Shown here: positions 24,741 through 38,541 of the stretch, one piece after another | Position numbering within the stretch: the first letter of the stretch is position 1 | Layout: each line of letters opens with the position of its first letter | Assembly (NCBI GenBank): GCA_051362555.1 | Contig: CM120640.1 | Span: 32,693,967-32,757,966 of the forward strand | DNA length: 64,000 bases | Reading direction: 5' to 3' | Source: Lingula anatina | Taxonomy: Eukaryota > Animalia > Brachiopoda | Notes under the pieces: generated by a model | The model's database searches: none | Told to the model about the DNA's origin: nothing | The model's input: only the letters and a program-made list of their open reading frames with translations | Program-made: the position numbers and the translations under genes

Positions 24741-27700
24741 TATACCAGTGAATTAAACGATATCTTTTAATATCCTGTAAAAGTTTTTCTTATCAGAATA
24801 ATTCTGTTACCTTTGGCTAAGTAGCACTTTGCCTCCTCAAGGAACATTTCTTCAGATAGAAAGTAATTTATATGACATGTTGCCCTTTTTGGATCTAATA
24901 AATGTTCTTGCAACGACTTCATTCTTGACAAAATATTGAGTAAAACTCCTGCTAAATAATTTTATTATATTAAATCAATTTGGCATGTGTCAATAAATGT
25001 GGAATTTCTCAAATGTTTCAAAGCAGTCCCTTTATAATAGAAGCATCCTAATTCAGGAATGGGGAATTGGAAATGGTGGGGTTATTTGAATAGTTTAGTA
25101 ATCTTATGTGAGTAGATTGATGATAATTCAATTTTATCGATATCACATGTTTGTAGAAATTAGAATGTTTGTAATCTTGTTATACGAAAAGTTATGTAAG
25201 ATTTATTTTTAAATGATATCAAATGTTTGTTTTCAGTAGAACCCATAAGATAGCATACCAAATGGGATAGTTGGTGTTACAACCTGGGATAATTTGACGA
25301 ATAAATACTTGAATTGTTATTGTCTTTTCAAATTTCTGTTCATGCTTATTTTTCACTAACCGTGGAGTTAATTTGTACCATTAGAATTTCAATCAATTAC
25401 TTAGCCATAGCAATGATTATGGTTGGAGGCAATTTGCATGAGAGTGAGGTTTATGTTATTTTTTTGATTTCATCAGATTAAAAAAAAACTTGATACATAC
25501 TGGTCATTAAATGAACAAATGTGCAAGATTTTTTCCAGAGTTCAACAAAAACTGACCTTCAGTTGGGGATAAGCTGGGTATGATAGGTGTGCATTTTTTT
25601 TTTTCGTTTAGAATTTAAAGTGAAATTCACTGTCTGTGGTCCTCATTATACTATAACATTTTATGCCCACGACATATCCAATAGAAATAATTAAAAATTC
25701 GAAGCTTGTGTATATCTCAAATTGTCTAGATAAAAATTTGAAAAGTGAGTTTTTGTTAAACGAACAATCACAAGGAGAAATTAGTTTCAGAAACTAAGAC
25801 TAATGAATCATCTTGTGGGAATTGCAGCAGAAAGTATTGGGAATAGGGGGACCTGTTCATCTGGAAATATGGTTATTTTGAAAATATGATGAAGTGCCAT
25901 CTCTGGAGACAGGAGGATGATTAGTGTTTAATGATAACATCTGTTTTTTATGGAGTTTTTTTGTTGACTATTGTGCCAGAGTGCTTTATTTTACCAACTG
26001 GAAAAAAATCATTTTGACATGTCTGTGTATTAAAAAGTGCTGCTAGGTGAAGTTATTTATAAAATTAATCCTAACTATAAAAAGTACTGGCTCTTATAAG
26101 AGGTTGGATGATTTATATCTAGATTATAAAGCACAACCTGGTCATGCATGATTGATTGTCCAATATTCTCCGTGTAGGCTCATTTTGTGGGTTCCTATAA
26201 TATAGTGTGATAGATGAGACATCCCACAGGTATAGCAGTCAGACTAACTTGATATTAGTATTCAAGGACCATTCCACACTACCTTTACCACCCAATACTT
26301 CTTTCCTGTTATGTTTTTATTCATTTACTTAGCTTTTTTTTCATTTCAAATTTTATCAGTTAAGTCAGTTTTTAGGATTGCAGGCTTTTTTAAGTTGTCT
26401 TTTTTTCATGAGATGGAAACATTTATTAACTCGATTTAAGTTTTTCCACAGGGTACACATGTTATGGAGGAGGGGGGGGGGAGGGGAGAGAGAGAGAGAG
26501 CACTGTATGTGGGATGGCCCAAAATCTAAATTAAATAGACTTGGTAACCATCCAATTCTAAAGACAAACACATGTCACTGCCATGTTGGTTTCATTTCCT
26601 GGATAATTTGTAAGTAAACTTGTATTGTGCATGTTTCCATAATTACAACTACAAATTATTTGTTTGCTTCTGACAGGTTGGCATTGGCAGGAACAGTTAT
26701 GTCATTTTCAATCATTAGGAATAGTTGTAAAATAATATCCTTCCTAAAGCCTTCATATTGTTTGTTTTTGACAACTTGGCAGTAGTTTGAGTGCTTAGAC
26801 TTGGCTGTTTTAATCAATTTCGTAGATTTGACCTGCTTGAGGCTATGAACTAACATTGGTTGTTCGAAGTGGACAGGTTTTTATGTTGCAGACAAATCCC
26901 AGTTTGAGGAATTAAATCAAAAGAAAAATGGAATGGCAGCTAACTTCCTGGTTTAGTTTCTTTATTATCTACCATGCCTGACAACTTCTTACTGCTTTTA
27001 CTGTATGCTTGACATATTGTCCATGTAAGGTAGCAATTGTTCTACTTGTGAAAAACCACATATTAGAACTCATGGGGATTTTCTTTATAGATTATTCATA
27101 CCACTTTAAGTGGTATCATTCAATATGGAGTGTATAATTTTAGCCACTTATTACTGCAATTCCAGCGTAACTGAGTAACCTACAGATGGAGCTACTATCA
27201 AATATTTCAGCTCCCACGACACAAACTAAAACCAATTGTGATCGTTTTGTTGATTTTACGATAAGTTCACATTATCCTATTTTGTCTTTTTTTCTCTCAT
27301 TTTGCTACCGTTTGCCAAATCACATGCAGTATGTTTATTTCTAGTGCATCATTTTTTTTCAGAGCATGTAGTATCTCTCCCTGCATTAAAACAAATTATC
27401 TGATACGTGGCATTAAATCTAAAGCCTGCTAATCCTGTATTTTAGATTGAGCAGCACTTACCATAAATTAAATGTTTTTCACATCAGATAGAGAATGCTT
27501 TTTATATTTATTAAGTGACAGATGGTTGTGACCACTGGGATAGAGAAAGTCTGCATCTTTCTAAAACTGTGATGCTTATATTATTTCTCCAGGGAGTCCA
27601 TGTATTTACATGGTTTGAAGGTTGACTAGATCTAATTTGATATTGGAATAACTTTTTAATGCACACAGTATAAAGATTCTAAAATTGTGTATCAAGACTT

Positions 27701-28831
27701 CATATTTTCTAGTCCCTATTTCTATAATCTTGGTACAGTTTATAAACCCAGATATAACTGTCACATTAAAATTATGGGACTATCAAAGCTAATATTGTAT
27801 AATACATATGATCAAATATATCTCAGAAATTTTTGAGAGAAGGGTGGCGTGTCAGAAATGGTAAATTTAAAATTGCAAACACTTGTTCTTGCTAAGTGCA
27901 GATCTATTTTTTAACAATGGAATAACACGGTAAACCTCACCTGAAAATATAAGTTGTCAAAAATGCTTAAAATATATGAAGACCACATGCTTATTATTGA
28001 CAACTCTGATTATACATAATTCAAAATATTTGTAGCCTCGGTTAATTTATTGTGAAAAGGTATATGTGAATACAATATAAGATGACCTCCATAAGCAATG
28101 TTTTCTGAGTGAGCACTAAGTATCTATATAATGTTCAACTCCAGTTTCCTACAGCTATTGTAATTTATCTTATACCTTAAGCTAGGATATCATCATATTG
28201 ATTTTTTTTTTGTGAAAATTGTTGTCAAGGTTACAGAGAAGGTTTAATTGATATCACAGCAGTTTAATCAAATTAGCTTAAATCAAGATGAACATTGTAA
28301 ATCTAAGGTCAGCTTTATCTTATGTTAATGTGATTGATGTCAAAACAAAACCACAAAATGATTTTGATATTTTTAATCAATATTCATATTGTAAATGCTT
28401 TCAACAGCTAGCCTCTGACAGATGTATATCTGATGTAAATGTGATTTTTTAAATCAAACTTCAAATTTCTCACTATTAGTTAAATATTAGTACTATTCAT
28501 AGAAGGAATTTCGTGATGTACGTTCCATATAATGATGCTACATAGAATACACAACTACTCTATACCAGAGGCCATCTGAGTGATGACATTAATTCCATAC
28601 AATAATTCTCACTGGACAGGGAAGAGAAAAAGTGAAGAATAAGCTAGAGTCATATGTGAATATCTAGTGAAAAATCAATCTGTGGCCCTGGTGGAGGGTA
28701 CATAACAATACCCGGAGGGGTTTAATTTTGTAAGGTTTTCACGTATTTTGTAATGTATTGAGCACCCTTCAACCCTTCACCCTTCAAGCATGCAATGAAG
28801 CACACACACGAACACACGCACATACATGTAC

Positions 28832-29001
28832 CAGGGGCGTAACCATGCAGACCTTTTAAAATTGTACGCACAGATTTTGAAAATTCCCAGGTACAATTAT
28901 ATTCCGTGAAAAATACACTGAATTTATGGAGAATAATATCATGGTTGGCTCAAAAAATTTTACGCACAGTGCATCCGTGCGTATGCCTGGTTACGCCCCT
29001 G
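28832..29001. mobile_element. 170-bp hAT-like MITE
   Basis: Perfect 14-bp TIR CAGGGGCGTAACCA / TGGTTACGCCCCTG with a direct flanking duplication CATGTAC (28825-28831, 29002-29008). Confidence 0.85.
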
Positions 29002-30911
29002 CATGTACACACGTGCATGCTCACATTCACCTGTGGGTGGTCCCAGCCAGCAATACACGTCAATTTGATTTTAATGACACACCAATTTTTGACAGCCTCT
29101 GTCACCCCAGGGTATGGGTGAAACATGCAGGTGTGCTGCCTTGGTATCACTTACAACAAATTTCATATGTTATCAGCATCCTATTTTAACAAATTAAGGA
29201 AACAATAAAATCTGTTTAAAATGTTTACATAAGTAAGTTTTATCGATAAGCACTGTGCAGTGACTTTGAGAGTAGTATTACTTTCAAATATTAGAAGGTG
29301 CCGTGAAAGAGAGTACATGTAAATAATGGGTCGCTTTGCACAGGTAGTTGATTCATGACAGTGAAATTCATCTCACTAAAAGCCAATGGGCAGATTCCCC
29401 ACTGTGTTCAGGTCTTTTTCCTTGCTAATTAAATCTCAGTTGGATCAACGTGAATACGGGGTCTTGTCTGCAAGAAAGAGGTTGGTCGATTATACTGATG
29501 GCATTTGAAGTTCGGCTTAATGTAATAAAACCTCATCTGGCCCTATTTTTTTCTGTAGAATCAGCATGCATTGGACATTCATCTTCATGTTTGCTAGAAA
29601 ATAATGGTTTTAGTAGTAAGTTGTGGATTGAAGGGTTGTCAGGACACAATTGAGGATGCTGTTATACATCAGTATTGCCAGGGATGTGTTTAGAAAGAGG
29701 AGTGGGGGGTTTAAGAAGAGACAGAGAGGAAGCTTTCAAAGTTTACACAAAATTAATTTCTAGGACATACTTAGTATGTTATTTGTTTTCCATTCTCTCT
29801 TTCTCTCTCCCTCAGTGTTTTGTTGAGAATAATAATGTTTTAAGATTTTAATTGTTAGTGCTTAATAATAATATCAAATTATTTTAAAAACGTGAATCAG
29901 ATTTTTTTTTTGAAAAGATCTGACATTAATATCACTATTGGCACTATTACATATTACAACTTGTAGTAAGATGGGAGATAATTTCTGGAATAAACACAAG
30001 AGGTGACAATGTTTGAACACTTCAAAGGCAAAAAGTAAAGATTTATGTTCACTAAATAAAGAGCACACAGACATGTGATAGTTCTCATCATTTAATGCTT
30101 CAGTTTTGCACTGATAGGTGGTAGTTATTAGCTTCCAGTAAATGATTAATGGCAACAGAAACTGCAAATTTCTCACCATTAGTTAACATTAGTGCTATTG
30201 ATGGAAGCATGGATGTGAATGCTCATATCCCGGGATGATGCTACACAGAATACATAACTAACCCAACTCCAACTTAGGCAATAACATTAATTGATCACAA
30301 ATGCAGTTTTCTAGAGATTATTGGCTCTTTTTCCTCATTCTTGGATGTGAATGCCCAGTGCTGCCTGAGAAATCCTAGCCCAGTTAAGTAATGTGATTGG
30401 TCCACATTTTCACTGCCGCCTGCCTGGTGAATGGACTCTTCCAGAGTGATTGTTATTTCAATCTCATGTTGATCTTCTGAGTAGTTTATTAGGAGAGGTT
30501 TTACATTTTGGGGGCACTAGTGAGAGAGTGTACCTCTTCAGACGTGATACCAAAGTGTTTGGATATAGTGTTTTTTATAAGCAAAGATTTGAAAAAAGCA
30601 GATCTGCTAGTGTCTATTTAATTTTTTTTACCTTGGACCAAGTTAAGTTACTCAAGTAACTTAGGAAGAAGGCTGTTAATTATAACTTCACAACTAATGA
30701 CAAGATACATTCATCAACACCACGCAGAGGGGAAAATACTCAACAGGAGAACAATTTTGATTAACATATTTTTCAGCTTTTAGTGCCAAAACTCATTAGG
30801 GAATTGTTACCCCCATTCCCTCATGGAAAAAACATCTTTGCTGGAGTGATGGGATCTTTCTAACACAGTGTGCTGAATGCTTGGATTTTTTTTTACCAGA
30901 CAGTTTGCCAG

Positions 30912-33900
30912 ATGAGTATTTTTAAGAGCAAGGACTTGGATTCAGACAGTATGGAAGAGACAGGCTACCACTGCTGCAGTACCTCATGTAGGGACAGGGC
31001 AAGGGTAATGGCAACCCCTATAAGTCTCCTCTGGACATTACTGTCTATGCTAGTGGCAGCATCTTGTGCTTTCAGTTTCATGCAACCCTACTGGATTATT
31101 GACTTTGAGCAATGGAACAGTTTTGGAATTTACAGTTTTTGTTATCAAGAAAACCACAGCCCTGACAGGACAGTTCATCATCACCACTGCCGGATATATG
31201 GTGGACATTTTGACTTTTCTTTCTTCCCCTCAAGTGCTTGGCAGGCCTCCTGCGTGTTATTTGGAGGGGGGTGCGCCTTCCTGTGTTTAGCTGCAATATT
31301 AGCCATAACTAGCCTGTGTCTCCCTTCTGCCTGTGATAAAAAAGTGGCCCTCAGCGCTGGGTACATGCAGCTTGTTGCAGGTAAAAGAATATAATTCATA
31401 ATAATACCCATGGGTAATGGAGTCCCCATTTATTCCTGTTAGTATTCATTTTCTGCTTTTATGAGATAAAAAAGGCAATTCCACAATCTGTTGTTTGCAG
31501 TTTCCTGTGCTGTAATGACTTGGCCATTAAAATTGGGCTTTTGATAGTTTCTATGGGTTTATGTTACCTATTATTTTAAGACTTATCTCCAAAATGTTGG
31601 CAACATATCTGAACGCGTACTGGTGGCTTAGGGCGGATATATCCACTTGTGTAAGTGAAGTGGTCAACAACACGAACCATGAACATGTGTCTTCTGTGTG
31701 TCACATTAGTTCGGGCTGGGCGTCATTTAAAATCAAAGAACAGGCAAAATAGCCAGTGTGAAACCCAATGCTTGTCTTACACACCTGGGTGGGCAAGGCA
31801 AAGACGGAACAACAATCTTCTCCATCTTTAGAACTTAGATTTCAGCTGCTATCTGTCCACTCATCTCATTGCATCTATCTTAATGGGGATCTCCATCAAG
31901 TTTCTCTTTAGAATCCCCCGCTGGCTTGAGATTGATCAGTAAGACAAATTTAATGTGTGTGTGTTTGGGGGGGGGGGGGATTTTGTAATAGGCCTCTTTC
32001 TCTCTAATTTTGATATTGATGTTTCTAAATTGCTGCCTGAATGTCTCTCCTTTTTATGTTTTTTTCTAGAAATTGATCCATTTAAAGGTGTGTTGTGTGT
32101 GTTGGTTGGGGGGTGGGGGGGTGTAATTGCAAAAATACATCTGGCTGTTTTTGTGAACTTGGTTGGACTGTATCAATTTGATTGATTGATATATCTCGCG
32201 AATTGCCGTTGGATGTCATATGCTAGCAAACCAATTTACAAGTTCAATGAATTTCTGCGTCTTTTTCTGCCCAGTGAGATGGAGGGGTCATAAAATCTGT
32301 TTTTATGGGGTTTACATAAAAAAGGCAGTATCAATTTATGTGAGTTCTGATGTTGAATAATCACTTAGATCCTCCATGCCAGGTTAAATTAATTGAGGGT
32401 GGATTTGATATGGAAGCAAAGAATCCAGTATGAGACCCATGTCTATATATATACCTATATATATGCATAGGTTGGTTGACATACTATAATTACATATATA
32501 CTGAACACTTGACAAGTTAAACACTGTTCACACAGTCTCAAATAGCACTGAGTAATACATATAGGTGTTTAGGGAAGGTTGAAGATATTTTCTGTAGAAA
32601 AATATTTGTTTATGAAATTTAAAACCGGCACAGTTGTTTCTGGTGATCCATCTGCTAGCCTTACAAGGGAAACGTTATATTATCAGTGTATCTCGTTTAT
32701 GTCCACATAACTTTTTTATTTGTCTTCCGTTTTATTGAGCCACTACATGGGGTAGGAATTTAATGGTCATTTTACACCCATTTCTTCACAATTTGTGCTT
32801 CCTTTCTGTGGTCCATCAATTCAGATGATCAGGTGTCCATGCAGCGACCAAGATATCAGTTACCAGATTTTTTTTTCAATTATCAGCACCATGGTGTGGG
32901 CTAGGGTGCTCACAGGTGGGGCTTGTAAAATAAAAGGGAAAAAAAGGAACAACAGCAAAAATTCCTCCAGGTGTCAGAGATCAAAGATAGCGAGGGACTT
33001 CCCCTTCATTCCTCCCTATCATTAAGTGGGCTTCCCTGCCAGCTGCAATGTACAGTTGGAATAGTTGTGCTCTTCATCATGTGTATCTCCTAAAACCTGA
33101 ATCTAGTTGAGGTCAGGTGATTTAAAGCATTCATGAAAAAGTCTCATGATTATGAGATGGAGAGTGTATTTGTTGTATTTTATCTGTTGATAGTTAGTAG
33201 TGTACATGAAATTAAGGTCTGTGATGTTAGTTTTATGAACCCAAATTGATGAAAGCAGTGTGGAATTAATTACATTTTAAACATCCCATTAGTACTAATA
33301 TATGTCATTTTCTCACATGGCAGATAAGACCTGAAGATTTCACACTCTGCAGCTCAAATACATTCACCATGTAATTCCAGTTAGAATTAAATCACAGAAA
33401 CAGAAATTGTAAGGTAAATTAATTTTTGACAATGGAAGAACGATCAACTCATTACATAAATCATGTTAATTCTTGCTGTGTTTTCCACAGCACAAACAAA
33501 TTTCCAACTGTACAAGATTGTTCCCACCATTCTTAGGTGTAAATACCAAAAGGTGTGATATTTAGCAGCCACTTATCAACAGAGTGCTGCTGTTATGTCA
33601 TCTGCTTAGATCTACTTACATTTACACCTCAATATGTCAGGTTTTGTCTTTTACAGTTAGCCTTAATTCCTGGAGAAACCTCATGCAGTGGTGCATGTAG
33701 GGAGCCAACTGGGTAGCCTGTTAATCCCTTGCTATGTAGTATGTTAAGCTGTAAAATCATTACTAATCCCTGCTGGCAGGGGATTAGTGAAATATTGGAA
33801 TATTTTGACACTTACCAGAGCCCTGTTATTACTTAAATAGAAAAATTCTATTTTTTTTTCTTTCTTGAATAAAATTTTCTGAAATTGGTAGATCAGATTC

Positions 33901-36900
33901 AGTGAGTGTCTAAAGTTGATTATTTTTGGTAATTAAACTGTATTATAGGAATACAAAATAAAATTTCCTGTATCAAGTTCTGTGGTAGATGTCTGTAGAA
34001 ATGCTTTTAATTTACCTGATAATGTACTTCAGATAAGTTTTTCTCATTTCCTGAAACAGTTACATGTAGATAGCATTTCTCCTCATGCAATGAACAACTA
34101 CTGCCAAATAGATGAGCGTCATCAGATCTTTTATTAGTATAATCATATGGTTTGGTAAATGATGAAAAACATTTATCTGTGTGATAATAGCCTCCTTTTA
34201 AAGTTAGTTGGCCATAAGACTGTTCAATCATCACATTATTTCCTGTGCACTGAGGCCCTATTTAATGCCTGGATTAATGAAGACTTTACAGGGCCATCCA
34301 AACACCAAGATGTTGCTGTCACTTCCCAAGTGACACAGATATATTGTTTTGATCTAAGATCTAATAAACAGATATATTAGATCTTAGTTTTGATGAAGTA
34401 TTGCTTATTATTGAATTCATTTTGACTGTTAACAGTCTCAGGAGGTTTGAAGTAGTGATATTATTTTAGACGTAGTAACATTTTACCCGTGTTTGGATAG
34501 CTATTCATCTTTATGCCAGAGGATACATGTCATCGATCAGGAAATGGGAGGAAATGTAGAAGTGATTATCTTCAGAGGCATAAAAACATATTGAATGCCT
34601 CAAGAATGAAAATGTATTTATTTTAACACAGAAGAAGCATGATGCGACAATGCATCCTATTTTAGAGAGTTATTGTCCACTGATATTCTACAGATCTTCC
34701 TGAAGTGCACTTACTGGGGTTAGGTTTCTTTATTATGGCAAAATCTCAATAGAAATCTCAAAAGGAATATGACAAACAAAAATATTTCTTACACTTGTGG
34801 TTTGTTTGTCTGTGTGCTTTACAGATCTAAGTACAAACCCCTCGACACAGTGCCATTTGCCAGAACGTGGTGTGTAATTGGTAACTGGAGGCTCTTTGAA
34901 GTGCAGATACTTAGAGAACTATATATACATCTTTCTCTTTGAGGGCAGCCAGGGTAGATCATTGCTTGGGTGGTGGTGGAGACAGAAGTCTACACCTTGG
35001 AAAAACTAGGCCCTACTTCATGAGTTCTAAAACTGCATGCTCGCTGGCAGATTAGCTCTTTTCAAAGACAGTTGACTGAGGGTGCATATGTGTAGTGCAG
35101 TTAATGTTGGGCGAACAATCTTATTTCATCTCGAGAATCTTTAATTATCCCATAAATCTATTGGTGCACGCAAGGTAATAATACCCCAGCACTGCAGCAG
35201 TGCAGCACACACCTAGAGAGTTGGGATAATAGGGTTGAATAGCAGTAAAGACCACTCCGCCTTGCTGTCTTGGTCAACTGGGGTTTAGTTTAATGATCCT
35301 CACAAAAGTTGTACAACGACATTACCTAGGTCTGTTCTGCTTCCCCAACTACTGAATTTGGAGGGGTATTGATCTGGTCATAATGAGAGATGCTTAAATG
35401 AGATATTGCAAGTAATTTGGTGTAATGTTTCTCAAAACAGTTCCAGGCAATTCCCACAATATACGTATCTTAAGGCGGCTAAGACCCACTACCCCATTGA
35501 TTAAATGATAATTAGGAAGATGTTGATTCTATCCGAGGTAGCAAAATTCAATCATCTTAACATCTTAGTTAGTTTCAAAGAATCCAGATTATCTTGTCTT
35601 GTCCATCCTCACAAGCAACACATTTTATTTTTCTGAGTATTTTGTATCAGATAACCAGGTGGCACGTGTGATGTATGGCCAACCAAGGGGAAGGGAGGCA
35701 AGTCATGCTCAACTGAGTCTAATTGAGCAGTATCCCACAGCTAATTACAGTTGTTGTTCTAAGATGTTTGCTGACATAACGGAGTAAATAACATGAACCA
35801 GATTGTCTGGGAAGATTTTCTCACGCCTCTCACCTGGTATTACCACTGGGCAGTCGGTGGTCAGTTTGAATTAATTGATCTAATCTTTTTAGAAAAGCCC
35901 TGTGAATAATCAGTACATAATATTTATTTCATAGTTATCTGGTTACGGTAATGCCCTTTGAGGAAGTATGTTATGAACGGGACCTCACTATGTATTCCTG
36001 GTGAAATAAATGAAATTATTGCCAGAGTTTTATTTTAAAACTGGTTTAGGGGAAAATGTGCTGAGGGACTAAGGCTTCATTCACATGCAATGTCTATTTT
36101 CTAAATTCTATTTTCTATTCGCGCTATCTTATGATCACGGTCTGTGCCCTGAATATCCCGCCGCGTAATTACTGGCAGCGCGAGCCAGTTACTTATAGTA
36201 ACTTATCGTTACTGGCTCGCGCTGCCAGTAATTACGCGGCAGGATATTCAGGGCACAGACCGTGATCATAAGATAGCGCGAATAGAAAATAGATTTTTAG
36301 AAAATAGACATTCCATGTGAACGAAGCCTTATTTAGGATTCCCATAAGGCAGGATATTTCAATAGAAATGGCCAATAGATAGATTTCTGCCCTGCAACAT
36401 GTCCCTTTTAAAGGGTTGTTTGTTTTAAAAAATGTACCTCTTTGGTAATTAATAACTCGTACAATCCATTTCAAAAGCACACAAAATTGTGGAATGGAGA
36501 TTTTGCATACATACATCACATTAATTTATCTGTCACCACAGAGTATCTTTATTATTATTTCTAAATCAGTTCAAACAACCATCAGTCATGGGAACATAAA
36601 CCGTAACAGCTAATCCAATTTTCTTGCTGGTTGGATGTTGAGTTACGTTGCATCACATCTGTTTTGACATTTGCCACGTCCAAAATTGCCGTAATTCTGC
36701 ACAATTTCTACCATTTTGCCTTGCCTTTAATGTGCAATTAATGACAGGGGTGCACACCAGCAGGTGCCTGTGAAGACTTGGAGAAAGAACAGTCTTTGAT
36801 GTAATTCATAAATCAGGGTAATTTTCACGTCTGCTGTCCTCCAGCCTCAGCGCTGACGAGGGAACATTACGTTTGTCATTTGGTAATGTAGTTTTGTTGT

Positions 36901-38541
36901 GGCATGTTATGAGAGGAAAGTACCTGCAGGCCTGTATCAACTTGGACCACACTCACCTATGTCCCTCAGTGGTTTTGATACTGGGGTTTGGTAGCTAACT
37001 TACCGGGCAGCCTGCTGAGGTGAGATGCCAGCAAGGTTGAGCACCCAATGCACACAGTCTGGGCCATATTTTTAAAACAAACAAAAATACTCCCCAGCTC
37101 TGCCAGAAAGAAGTAACATCTTTCTTTTACAAATAAGGTGTATGGTGGCAGTCAGCTGCGCTTTAACTCTGGGCTCTTAACTGTATTTAGTGTCTGGAGA
37201 GAATATGAGACAATTTCATTGGTAAAACTGCCTTAGTTTTCACCACCTGCTTCTCTGTGTATAGATGCTGTAATGGCTATTGAGGAATCCACATGTGGTC
37301 ACTTCTAAGTCCATTAGAAAAGGGGATGGTTTCAGGGTTTCTAAATTCAATATTTATTTTCAAACCTTTCTACTGACCACCTAGGTGTATACACAGTTGT
37401 CAACTTTCTGGCATAAAACAGTTTGAATTGAAAAGATAAACCACATGTAGGGATTGGCTTATTGAGATCTTTAATGAACTTTTGGACACTCCTTTGAAAT
37501 GGTGAATGCTACTTCCATAAAAAAAATAAGCTGGTAAAAGCTATTATTTTCTCTTTTTGTTTTGCACTGTTAATCCTCTCAGGGAAATTTCTCACCTTTT
37601 GGGATTGAAAAGAAGACTAGGATATTTGAGTTTGATTAATAGTTCAACCTTTGCCTTTAATTATCAGCACAATACGGATGAACACCTTAATATTCATTGG
37701 TAATATCATCCAATTCTCTAGGCAGCACAGTGGCTAAAGACTTAACTGGAAGAACAATGGGGGATAATTTAGACACTCATTGATCTTTCACACGTGAGCA
37801 GTGAGCATGTAACTATGTTTTACAGCTCAATCCCATCTCTTAATTAAGTGGTAAAACTGCAATTAAGCGAATGGAAATGTAATAATGTGATCAAAGACCG
37901 AGCAGCATGGGATATGGATATGGTTGAGGATTTTTTCCATGAATAGAAAATCATCTTTTGTTTATTAAGGGCTCTTTTTAACAAGGTATTGATTGGAAAT
38001 ATGACAATCTGTCATGTTTCCAAGAAAAAACGGATCTGTAAGATATACATCTTTCTTTAAATTGCAATTCCACAAGATATACAGGCTTTAATATGAATTT
38101 TTTCCATAAACTTCTGCATATCTGATATTATTACATTATATGCATATGTTCATTTCTGTTATAGATTTATTTAAAAATTGAACATCTTCAATAATAAACA
38201 TGTCCTTTTTCTTTCTAGTTCTCATCATGATCGCAGGACTGATAGTTTATCCATTTGGGCTGGATTCCCGACTGGTCAGCTACTACTGTGGGAAAACGGG
38301 GATTTTCAATTCTGGGGACTGTCACTTTGGTTGGGCCTACATGTTGGGAATTGTAGGCACAGCTCTAGCCATGTTCTGTCCATTCCTAGCTCAGTACACA
38401 GACACTAAAGCCTACGGGCCCGTCTGTGGCATGGAATCCTATAAACCATACATGCCAGAGTACTCAGAATCCAATGTATTTAGACCTGTGGAGACGGAAA
38501 TGAAAGTACTGCATTATCACAGAGAGGAAGCTTTTCTATAG
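30912..38541 (+). CDS. LHFPL tetraspan (L_HMGIC_fpl/claudin-like) family protein, ~263 aa, two coding exons
   Basis: Exon 30912-31380 (LWTLLS...FMQPYWI...FGIYSFC...C..YGG.FDF..FPSSAWQASCVLFGGG...AGYMQLVA) joins in phase 1 to 38219-38541 (LIMIAGLIVYPFGLDS..V..YCG.....SGDCHFGWAYML). Total 792 nt. Four hydrophobic helices and conserved cysteines. The exact paralog (LHFPL2/6/7-like) is not resolved, and the start Met is uncertain. Confidence 0.88.
36072..36329. mobile_element. Palindromic (foldback) MITE, copy 2, in the LHFPL intron
   Basis: Same TIR and TA flanks as 24489-24740. The asymmetric centre matches the reverse complement of copy 1, so it is in the opposite orientation. Confidence 0.9.

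Noticed and set aside
28252-28272. tatcacagc, matching the miR-2 family 5' end
   Set aside because: The rest diverges from miR-2, and the upstream sequence does not form a pre-miRNA stem.
33758-34387. Two short hairpins in the LHFPL intron (33758-33790; perfect 13-bp inverted repeat at 34354-34387)
   Set aside because: Too short for miRNA precursors or MITEs, with no other support; plausible local duplication-inversions.
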